From: Blautia sp.
Lineage (GTDB): Bacteria > Bacillota > Clostridia > Lachnospirales > Lachnospiraceae
DNA length: 64,000 bases
Direction: 5' to 3'
Assembly (NCBI GenBank): GCA_017459635.1
Contig: JAFUCO010000066.1
Location: forward strand, 4,797-68,796
Part shown: positions 19,554 to 27,977 of the stretch, piece after piece
Numbering within the stretch: position 1 is the first letter of the stretch
Layout of the letters: every line of letters starts with the position of its first letter
Notes under the pieces: model-generated
What the model saw: the letters and a program-made list of their open reading frames with translations, nothing else
Database searches by the model: none
Told to the model about the DNA's origin: nothing
Translations under genes and position numbers: made by a program

Positions 19554-21095
19554 ATGAGAAAGCTCTCTGTGGTAATTGCAGATGATGACCGGATTGTATT
19601 AAAAGATCTCCGGAATATGGTAAACTGGTCCGAACTCGGCTTCTCGATTGCCGCTACCGCCGTCAGCGGGGAGGAGGCATACCGCTGTGTCGAACAGTAC
19701 CAGCCTTTTCTGCTGATCACGGATATTCGTATGCTCGGGGATCTGACCGGGCTGGATGTGATCGAACAGGCCCGCCGGAAATTCCCCCGGATGAAATTCC
19801 TGGTCATCTCTTCCTATGATGATTTCCACTATCTGAAACGGGCCATGGCCAGCGGCGTCATTGATTATCTGCTGAAGACCGACATCACTCCTGCGACCCT
19901 GACGCAGAAGCTTCTGGAGGCCCGGGACCAGCTTTCTCTGGACAGCGTGAACACTGCTTCCGTTCTGAATCATGAGATCGCACAGTATCTGTTGTCCGAC
20001 AAGGAAGAAACGATCCCGGAAACCGGTCTGCCCCACGAACGGAACTCCCGGCTGGCTGATATCCTTGAGCAGCCCTATTATTTCATGCTCTGCGGTCAGC
20101 GGCTTCTTTTTTCCCGCGACCAGGCTGCCGCCATCTCCGAAATGAAACAGAAAACCAGTGACATGCTCTCGGATGTCTACCAAAACGCGCTGAATTATGA
20201 TGTTTTCCCGATCGTCTGTCAGTATAACGAGATGCTGCTCGTCGGTCTTTCTGCCAGCATGACCACCCGCTTTTCTCTGAAGGATTTTTCCAATTCCCTT
20301 TTGTATCTGTTCGGCGGCCCCTCCCCCATGCTGCAGTTTTATCTCAACCGTCCGATGTCCCTCAGCGCCTTCCGGCAGTTCATTCGTCCTGTTCTTCCGG
20401 TCATATACTATCAGATGACTTTTTTCCCGGAAGGAAGAAGGACTGTGGATATGGATTCGCTTACGGACCTCTGTTATATTCCGGTACGGCACACCTTTCC
20501 TTTTCATGCCCTGATCTTCGATCAGGATCATCAGGAGAGCAATATCCTCCTTGTCAAATCGTACATAGAAGCATGCAGGAGAGCCTTTGATGTCCGTATG
20601 CTGGAAGTTTTCTATCAGAATTTCTGTATCCATCTTGAAATCCAGACCAATAACCAGATGAAGCTTCCCGACACACTCTTTGCAGAAAACATCGAGATGT
20701 TCCAGAAATGGATCTACAACCGCATAGAGGACTGCATCCGTCTGCTCTCCAATGGAGTCAGCCGGGAATTCTCTGCACCTGTCGAAACTGCCGTCCGGTA
20801 CATGCTGCAGCATTATACTGATCCGGATGTCTCCTCCGCGGAGATCGCCAATGCGGCCGCTCTCTCGGTCAACCGCCTTGGCGTCCTGATCAAGCAGGAG
20901 ACCGGAAAAACGATCAACGAGTACCTCGCGCATATCCGTATTGAAAAAGCAGTCGAATTTCTCGAAAAAACCAATCTGAAGATCTACGAGATCTCCGAAC
21001 GGTGCGGATATAAGTCTTCCCAGTATTTCAGCCAGGTCTTCCTCCAGAAGACCGGACGCAAGCCTATCGATTACCGGAAAGGAAAACGTTCATGA
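19554..21095 (+). CDS. Two-component response regulator, YesN/AraC type
   Basis: Receiver IADDD..ITDIRM; C-terminal AraC HTH KIYEISERCGYKSSQYFSQVF; RBS aaggagg before 19554; TTGACG-N18-TACACT at 19437-19466. Confidence 0.9.
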   Translation: MRKLSVVIADDDRIVLKDLRNMVNWSELGFSIAATAVSGEEAYRCVEQYQPFLLITDIRMLGDLTGLDVIEQARRKFPRMKFLVISSYDDFHYLKRAMASGVIDYLLKTDITPATLTQKLLEARDQLSLDSVNTASVLNHEIAQYLLSDKEETIPETGLPHERNSRLADILEQPYYFMLCGQRLLFSRDQAAAISEMKQKTSDMLSDVYQNALNYDVFPIVCQYNEMLLVGLSASMTTRFSLKDFSNSLLYLFGGPSPMLQFYLNRPMSLSAFRQFIRPVLPVIYYQMTFFPEGRRTVDMDSLTDLCYIPVRHTFPFHALIFDQDHQESNILLVKSYIEACRRAFDVRMLEVFYQNFCIHLEIQTNNQMKLPDTLFAENIEMFQKWIYNRIEDCIRLLSNGVSREFSAPVETAVRYMLQHYTDPDVSSAEIANAAALSVNRLGVLIKQETGKTINEYLAHIRIEKAVEFLEKTNLKIYEISERCGYKSSQYFSQVFLQKTGRKPIDYRKGKRS

Positions 21096-22825
21096 AACCG
21101 CTCTCCGCAAAGATCACCCATCGAATGTTCGTGATCTACATCAGTATCTATCTTGTGACGCTTTTGCTCCTGATCCTGCTGGTCCGGCCGGGTCTGGAAA
21201 ATGAAGCGGACCGGTCCGCCGTGAATACCCTTTCCCTGATGACCGGGGAACTGGAAAATGTGTATTCCAATCTGACCGAATATGGCGGAACCATCCGCTA
21301 CAACAAAGATCTGTCGGATCTTCTGAAAGAATACCGCGCAAAACCGGATAAAGTCTGCAAAGCCCGCATCACGCAGACTCTTTCCGATTTTGTGATCGCC
21401 AATTCCTCTGTCCTCACAGCCTCTCTGGAGGATATGGAACACAATTACTTCCATGCCATCTATTACAGCAATGTATGCAATGCGTCCTCCGCGCAGGAAG
21501 ACCCTTTGTATCAGAATATCCTCGAAAAACAGGCCGGATCCTGTTATCGGTATCTTTCTCCGGATCTGTTTATCGCCCAGGACCTCTCCCTCGGCCACCA
21601 TGCGATGGAACTGATCCAGCTGATCCATCTTGATCACACGCCCTATGTTTTCCGGATCTATGCGGATCTGAACACCGCCATCCGACATATCTCCTTGCTG
21701 GATAACAACACCTTCTCCGACACAGCGGTCCTGTACGGTGATGGTACGGCGGCCTATATCTCCGGTGAGCGGTTCGAAGAGGATAAAGACAATCTCTCTT
21801 CTCTCTTCCCCTACACCGTGAGCACCGGAAGACTCCGGACAAATGCGGGCGTATATTTTTATCAGAAGGATATCAACACCGGCTGGATCCTGCTGGGATT
21901 CTCACCCAACCGGATCTATCACAGGGTTTTGATCCACATTTTCTCGATCGTTACCCTCCTGTACCTTTTGTCCGCCGTGATCTACACCCTGTTTCTTGTT
22001 CTTTCCATCCGGCATTTTCTGCAGCCGCTCGGCATCTTAAACCTCGCTATGCAGGAGTATTCCGCAGGAAACGAAGTAAAGACCGAGATTCATACGCAGG
22101 ACGAGATTGAGACTCTGAACGATTACTTCCTGGAAATGACGCAGAAGATCAATGAACAGGTGGATGATATCCGGGAGCAGGAACATGTCAATTCCGTCAC
22201 CAACTATAAGCTTCTCGCAACACAGATCGATCCGCATTTCATCTACAACGCCATGAACATCATCAATATCATGGCGCGGGAAGGAAATACGACGGCGGTT
22301 CAGGAGATCAACAGCGCCTTGATCAAGATCCTTCGGGAGCGTCTCAATACCAAGCTTACCATCACGGACACGGTGGAAAACGAGCGGGATACTCTCTATC
22401 AATACTCCCGGATCATGGCGTATCGCTATGAAAACAAGATCCGCCTCTCCATGGATGTGGACAGCGAGCTTCTGGATTGTCAGATCCCCAAGAACATTCT
22501 GCAGCCGCTGGCGGAGAACAGCTTCTATCATGGCTTCCCTTCTCTGGCCGACGGCCAGGAAGGACACATCGACATCGTCATCTATTCCATCGAGGACGAG
22601 TTGGTGATCGAGATCAGCGACGACGGAGCGGGGATCGCTCCGGAACGGCTGGAGATCCTGCGGAACCGCTCCTATGAAATCTACAACGACAAAAAGCCTC
22701 ATATCGGACTGGACAACATCCGACAGAGGCTTGCCTTCATGTATCATGATCAGTATCAGTTTGAGATCCAGAGTACGCAGGGATACGGAACCACAATCAG
22801 CATCACCATTCCTCTGATCCGTTAA
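21092..22825 (+). CDS. Sensor histidine kinase, YesM type
   Basis: Two TM segments, HAMP, QIDPHFIYN, LQPLAENSFYHG, DDGAGI, HIGLDNI; ATGA overlap with the regulator. Confidence 0.92.
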   Translation: MKPLSAKITHRMFVIYISIYLVTLLLLILLVRPGLENEADRSAVNTLSLMTGELENVYSNLTEYGGTIRYNKDLSDLLKEYRAKPDKVCKARITQTLSDFVIANSSVLTASLEDMEHNYFHAIYYSNVCNASSAQEDPLYQNILEKQAGSCYRYLSPDLFIAQDLSLGHHAMELIQLIHLDHTPYVFRIYADLNTAIRHISLLDNNTFSDTAVLYGDGTAAYISGERFEEDKDNLSSLFPYTVSTGRLRTNAGVYFYQKDINTGWILLGFSPNRIYHRVLIHIFSIVTLLYLLSAVIYTLFLVLSIRHFLQPLGILNLAMQEYSAGNEVKTEIHTQDEIETLNDYFLEMTQKINEQVDDIREQEHVNSVTNYKLLATQIDPHFIYNAMNIINIMAREGNTTAVQEINSALIKILRERLNTKLTITDTVENERDTLYQYSRIMAYRYENKIRLSMDVDSELLDCQIPKNILQPLAENSFYHGFPSLADGQEGHIDIVIYSIEDELVIEISDDGAGIAPERLEILRNRSYEIYNDKKPHIGLDNIRQRLAFMYHDQYQFEIQSTQGYGTTISITIPLIR

Positions 22826-22947
22826 TTCATTTCCAGTCCTGCCTCATGATTTATTCATTGACGATCAGATCCTCGAAGGAGTTTTTTACGCTGCTCTTCA
22901 TCAATATTTCATGGAATTGCCGGCAGGCATACAATCGCTCGCACTCT

Positions 22948-24765
22948 TTACTTCTGCCTGATAATTGCCCGGTTTATCGTCCGGATTTCTTCCTCCTGCA
23001 CCTTCACTATTTCCCGGTCATAAGTCAGAATGCCATTCACTTCATCCTCCACGTCCGTCACCTGGGTATACACCACCGCACTTAGTCCGAGGCGGAAATT
23101 CGGGATCAGTTCTTTTTGCCACAGGTCGAGGATCCCCTGTGTCAGTTCTTCTTTGGAAGAGTACTTGCGGTACCCGTACTCTTCGTCACAGCAGCTGTGC
23201 TCCGGAAGGCGCAGGGAATAGCCTCCGCACTCTGTCAGAGCTACGACTCTGTTTTTCTGCGGTCTGATTCTCAGCTTTCGGAAATAGTTGTGAATACTGT
23301 ACATATCCCCGCCGCCCTGGTCGAACCATCCGCTGGCTTCATCGATGAGCCTGCCGGAGTCCAGGCGGCGGATCATGGCAGTGGCTTTCCTCGCGTCAAA
23401 CTGGCCCCAGCCTTCGTTGAAGGGGACCCAGGCAACGATGGATGGATGGTTATACAAGTGCCGTATCGTTTCCCGAAGCTCTATGTAGTACTCCTTTCTT
23501 CCTTCCGGATTTTTCCGGGAGAAAAGCGCATAATGACTGTCTTTGATCATTCTGCACGCCCATGGAGTGATGTTAGGCATGATCGTCACGAAGTTGGAGA
23601 TGTACCTATCTCCGCCGCACACCATGTCCTGCCAGACCAGCATCCCGATCCGGTCGCAGTGATAATACCAACGCTCCGGTTCGATCTTGATATGCTTGCG
23701 AAGCATGTTGAAGCCAAGCTCTTTCATCTTTAGGATGTCATACTGCAGTGCTTCATCGGAAGGTGCGGTATACAGTCCATCCGGGAAATATCCCTGATCC
23801 AACAGGCCATTATGAAAATACGGGTGGTTGTTCAGGAAAAAGCGGAGGATGCCTTCGGAATCCCTCTGCACGGAAATCTTCCTCATCGCGAAATATGTTT
23901 TGACCTGATCCTCTCCCATACGAAGCGTCATATCGTACAGGTTCGGCTCCTCCGGCGACCAGCTTTTGAAATCCGGGAGACCGATCCGGCAGGTCTGGCC
24001 GCTGAGAAAATCAGCCTCAGTGATCTTCTGACCCGCAAATGTAATTTCAGCGTGAACAGCTGTTCTGAGGGGCTGGCTTGACAATACCCTGATCCGTATC
24101 TGGCTGTTATCATAATCCGGTGTCATTTTTATGCGGGTTATATAATTCTCCGGAACCTGCTCCATCCAGACCGTCTGCCAGATGCCGCTCTGGGCGGTAT
24201 ACCACATACCGCCGCGCTCCAGAGACTGTTTTCCTTTGGCATGAAAGGATGTGTCCGAAAAATCCCTGACCACGACCCGTAGGAGATTCTCTCCATCACA
24301 CAATGCATCTGTCACATCAAGCGAAAAAGGAAGATATCCTCCGGTATGGTTTCCAACCTTCTGGTCATTGATATAGACTGTGCAGATCTGATCGACCGCA
24401 CCGAAATGAAGGAGCCAGCGGCCGTTTTCCCAGCCGGCATCCTTTCCAGATCCGGCAGCCTTTCCGGTTTTCGTCTCGTTCGGGCAGAATACAAGATTGG
24501 TCAGGCGAAATGTCCTGCGATAGTGAAGGTATTCCTCCGGCTGCAGCTGTCGGTTCACCCCGGACAGCGGAGCTTCCGGCGAAAATGGAACAAGGATCTG
24601 TCCGTCATATTTTTCCGGATCACCTTCCGAATCTGTAAAGGCATAGTCCCAGTATCCGTTCAAATTTACATAGCTCTTCCGGACCAGACCCGGCCTCGGA
24701 TATTCCTTCAGGACCGAAGCCGGATCCAGCTTCCGGCCCCATCTTGTGTATAATGTTTTGGGCAT
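22948..24765 (-). CDS. Glycoside hydrolase family 2 protein
   Basis: LNGYW, LHFGAVD, SGIWQTVW, GFNMLRKHIK, NHPSIVAWVPFNEGWGQ. Confidence 0.9.
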   Translation of the reverse strand: MPKTLYTRWGRKLDPASVLKEYPRPGLVRKSYVNLNGYWDYAFTDSEGDPEKYDGQILVPFSPEAPLSGVNRQLQPEEYLHYRRTFRLTNLVFCPNETKTGKAAGSGKDAGWENGRWLLHFGAVDQICTVYINDQKVGNHTGGYLPFSLDVTDALCDGENLLRVVVRDFSDTSFHAKGKQSLERGGMWYTAQSGIWQTVWMEQVPENYITRIKMTPDYDNSQIRIRVLSSQPLRTAVHAEITFAGQKITEADFLSGQTCRIGLPDFKSWSPEEPNLYDMTLRMGEDQVKTYFAMRKISVQRDSEGILRFFLNNHPYFHNGLLDQGYFPDGLYTAPSDEALQYDILKMKELGFNMLRKHIKIEPERWYYHCDRIGMLVWQDMVCGGDRYISNFVTIMPNITPWACRMIKDSHYALFSRKNPEGRKEYYIELRETIRHLYNHPSIVAWVPFNEGWGQFDARKATAMIRRLDSGRLIDEASGWFDQGGGDMYSIHNYFRKLRIRPQKNRVVALTECGGYSLRLPEHSCCDEEYGYRKYSSKEELTQGILDLWQKELIPNFRLGLSAVVYTQVTDVEDEVNGILTYDREIVKVQEEEIRTINRAIIRQK

Positions 24766-24911
24766 AACCTCACTCCCTTATTCATTCTCGCCAAAGTTTT
24801 CTCGGCCGCAATTTTGTCTTACTATGGTTGTGGCCGGAATCCGTTCTGATATTTACCCGGCCGCACGCAACAACTCAAAATCTCTAAATCCCACAGGCCT
24901 TCAACAATGCA

Positions 24912-25511
24912 TCATTCTTGACGCATGATAAACCGCCTGACTCTTTCAATGGTATCCTGCAGGATTTTTATATCTGTTTCTACGTTTCCGGTTTCAAGCG
25001 AATGGTTTGCATGTTCTGTAAGAAAAAGCGGAATATCCTGTTTTTCACAGGCAGTCCGGATTTCGTCTGTGTCTGCCCAGGGATCTGATGTTCCGTGAAA
25101 GGCGATCCCTTCGTCTATTGTGTAATGAAAGGTTTCTTCCAGAGGAGTAAAAAGGATGTTCCTTACCGACAGGCTGTGATTCTTTGCGTAACCTGCGGCT
25201 GCAGCAGTACCGATGCTCTTTCCGACAAAAACTATCTCCTCACAGGCCGTCCACTCTGTTTCTTTCAAAATCTCTTCTGCCTGATCGGCTGCGGACAAGA
25301 ATGCCTGCTTCATCTTCGAGGCATCGCCTTTTACGTTTTTGGGGAAATTTCCGTAGGGAACCGGCACTACTTTGTATCCTTTTTCCCTGCAGAGCTTTCC
25401 TGTATAATATAACAGCGGTTTGTCACAGGTATATCCTATCCCCGGGAACAGAACTGCAATTTTTTTCGATTCCGTTTCGCAGTCACCCTTCTTATTATGC
25501 TTCATTTTCAT
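24912..25511 (-). CDS. Alpha/beta hydrolase family protein
   Basis: FPGIGY, nucleophile GKSIG, HGTSDPW, ANHSLE; start after RBS aggagag (the longer ORF call only adds a tandem repeat). Confidence 0.85.
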   Translation of the reverse strand: MKMKHNKKGDCETESKKIAVLFPGIGYTCDKPLLYYTGKLCREKGYKVVPVPYGNFPKNVKGDASKMKQAFLSAADQAEEILKETEWTACEEIVFVGKSIGTAAAAGYAKNHSLSVRNILFTPLEETFHYTIDEGIAFHGTSDPWADTDEIRTACEKQDIPLFLTEHANHSLETGNVETDIKILQDTIERVRRFIMRQE

Positions 25512-25582
25512 CTCTCTCCTGTTTTTGCTTCTTATAATCCAGACTGTATTGTTCCCGCTCAAATTCCTGATGGTTTTACACT

Positions 25583-25690
25583 CAAATCTCCTGTGCTTCA
25601 CAAATCTCCTGTGCTTCACAAATCTCCCGTGCTTCACAAATCTCCCGTGCTTCACAAATCTCCCGTGCTTCACAAATCTTCTGCTCTTCA
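25583..25690. repeat. 18-bp tandem repeat (cacaaatctccYgtgctt), about 6 copies
   Basis: Read directly from the sequence. Confidence 0.9.
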
Positions 25691-25884
25691 TAGAATTCTG
25701 GTTTCAAATAATAAAAGCAACGGTGGAACAAAAAGAACCGTCTCCTGTGTTCTTATCCATTTTATCATTTTAACAGACTCTTATCAACATAAAGCAAAGC
25801 ATGGAATAGCTGCTCTTCACATCCCGGCCGTAAGCGGATGGTCTGAGCCCTCCATTCGGAATGTTGTCTTACTTTTCACGAAAA

Positions 25885-25913
25885 TTGACACAGGTTTTCG
25901 TGGGTGATATTAT
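25885..25913 (+). promoter_or_regulatory. Sigma-A promoter
   Basis: TTGACA-N17-TATTAT upstream of 25971. Confidence 0.65.
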
Positions 25914-25970
25914 TGTTTTATAAGCCGTTGCACATGAAATGTTTGATGAGTTTTCAGAAAGGAGTAACCC

Positions 25971-27869
25971 ATGAAAAACAGGTGTTTTGCTTTCACATTA
26001 GCGTGTATCCTTTCAATTGGCAGCGCTTTTATGACTGCTGCCGAATCAGGCTTTCAGGAAATACCGGAAGAACAGATAATAGCAGACACAGTAATACCGG
26101 ATTCCTTCTTTTCGGAAGAGGAGGAGACATTTTCTGATGAGACGTCCGAAGAGCTGTCGGCAGCGGACCTGAGCATTCAGGACGAAGCTGAAGGTGACCT
26201 GTTCCTGGCGGATGAACCGGCGGGCGACATTTTCCCTGGAGATGAAACGGCCGATGGTCTGATCCTTCAGGATGGAACTACAGACGAACTGCTTCTTCAG
26301 GAGGAATTTACAGACGACCTTCTTTTTCAGGAGGAGACGTCAGATGAAGAAGCTCTCCTTCAGGAGGAAGAACTGACAGACAGCCTGTCAAACGCTCCTG
26401 ATGGCAGCGAAGCAGCCGAAGAAGACACTGATTCGGATGAAGACGAAGATTCAGCCCCCGATGAGATTAACGAGGATTCCTCCGAATTGCAGTCCGGAGA
26501 GCCCGAAAAAGCCGGGAAAGGTTCCGCGGCTTCCCCCGTTGCTTATAAGCTCGGCGCTTTGCAAGGCGGCGAATTTACAGCTAAGAATCAGTCGGATTAC
26601 TATGGCTTTACCCTTAAAAAAGACACTTATCTCAAAGTAACCGGTACCTTCTATCTTGACAGCGCCGAACTTGAAATCTATGAAAAAAGAGGTTCCAGAC
26701 TGATCAGGGTTCTTGCTGAATATGATACATTTGACTCATTGTTGTACGAAATGTATCAGCAGATTCCGGGTGTCGACAGGTCTGTGCACCTCAAAGCCGG
26801 TAATTATGTTGTTAAAGTAACATGTTATGGATTAATGCCTGACGGTTATGATATGGGCAGCAGTTACGATTTTCGTATAAAAGATAACTCCGGCAGCGAC
26901 CCATCCGCGAGGTCCAGGCTGAATTATTTTACCTGGTACAGTGGAAATGTACAGGAGCCGGACCTCAAGAATTCACCTCTTACCGGAAATGTCGGTACCA
27001 AGGACTCCTATCCGATGCAGGTGCCCTATCCTGCAAACTTCAGGGTAGGCGTCTACTGTGAAAGCGATTATTCCGAAGGCGTCCGGGTGAAGGTGCTGAA
27101 CAGTGATGGCGTAACGGTAAGGCTCAGCAAGACAGTTCTTCCCTCACCCTTTGCAACTCCGATCTATTTCAGTCTGAATCTGCCGGCAGGCAATTATAAG
27201 CTGGAGCTTTCAAGCTCAGGCGACGGGCTGCTCTCAGGGGAGTCAGGAGACTGTGAATCTGCAAAGTATCATTTCTTTACAGAGATCACTTATCCGACAC
27301 CTATTTATAAGCTTATAGATGAGGGAAGTGGTTCCTTCAGGGTTTATTGGAGCACCAGAGGTGTCTATGCAGACGGCTATCAGATACGGTGGTCCAAGGA
27401 CAAGAATTTCAAAAACGGAGTAAAGTCCGCAAGCTATACCGGTATCAACAATACTTCCCGCCTGGGGCTGGATGTTGGAAGCACTTATTATGTGCAGGTC
27501 CGCACCTGGCGTGACCGTAAGACGCACGCCTCCGACACAGATAAGAAACGTTTTTACTCCGGCTGGAGCAACGCAAAAAGCATAAAGCTTACCAAAACAC
27601 TAAAGAAGGCCTCCTTTATCAGATGCTATAACGACAAAGGGACTATCCGGGCAACGTGGAAGAAGGTCGCCGGGGTTGAAGGCTATCAGATTCGATATTC
27701 CTTAAACAGCAGCCTGACCGGGGCGAAGTCGGCCAGTACAAAGGGAACCTCGTACAGCAAAGGCGGGTTTTCCACTTCAAAAAAATGGTACGTGAGCATC
27801 CGCACCTATAAGACCGGAAGCGATGGGAACCGATACTATTCGCAATGGAGTACACCGGTCAAGGTCTGA
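25971..27869 (+). CDS. Exported fibronectin type III domain protein with long acidic N-terminal region
   Basis: Signal peptide; D/E-rich N-terminal ~150 aa; two C-terminal FN3-like repeats (W..DGYQIRWS..YYVQVRT..YSGWS and W..EGYQIRYS..WYVSIRT..YSQWS). Confidence 0.8.
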   Translation: MKNRCFAFTLACILSIGSAFMTAAESGFQEIPEEQIIADTVIPDSFFSEEEETFSDETSEELSAADLSIQDEAEGDLFLADEPAGDIFPGDETADGLILQDGTTDELLLQEEFTDDLLFQEETSDEEALLQEEELTDSLSNAPDGSEAAEEDTDSDEDEDSAPDEINEDSSELQSGEPEKAGKGSAASPVAYKLGALQGGEFTAKNQSDYYGFTLKKDTYLKVTGTFYLDSAELEIYEKRGSRLIRVLAEYDTFDSLLYEMYQQIPGVDRSVHLKAGNYVVKVTCYGLMPDGYDMGSSYDFRIKDNSGSDPSARSRLNYFTWYSGNVQEPDLKNSPLTGNVGTKDSYPMQVPYPANFRVGVYCESDYSEGVRVKVLNSDGVTVRLSKTVLPSPFATPIYFSLNLPAGNYKLELSSSGDGLLSGESGDCESAKYHFFTEITYPTPIYKLIDEGSGSFRVYWSTRGVYADGYQIRWSKDKNFKNGVKSASYTGINNTSRLGLDVGSTYYVQVRTWRDRKTHASDTDKKRFYSGWSNAKSIKLTKTLKKASFIRCYNDKGTIRATWKKVAGVEGYQIRYSLNSSLTGAKSASTKGTSYSKGGFSTSKKWYVSIRTYKTGSDGNRYYSQWSTPVKV

Positions 27870-27901
27870 CGGGTGAGCACGGGAAGATGTGTATAATATA
27901 T

Positions 27902-27957
27902 GACAGGGGACGGTTCTCTGTCTTGTAAAAAATAAGACAGGGAACCGTCCCCTGTCT
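27902..27957. repeat. REP-like palindrome, family A
   Basis: gacaggggacggttctctgtc...gacagggaaccgtcccctgtc. Confidence 0.9.
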
Positions 27958-27977
27958 TAAAAGAGGTTATTATTTGT

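Noticed and set aside
8861-20933. Very long antisense ORFs (524, 739, 624, 444 aa) overlapping the island genes
   Set aside because: They lie opposite well-supported genes, lack motifs, and are expected where TTA/CTA/TCA codons are rare in GC-rich coding DNA.
25497-25907. ORFs built from the 18-bp repeat (KSPVLH or FTNLPC repeats)
   Set aside because: By-products of the tandem repeat with no RBS or other coding signal.
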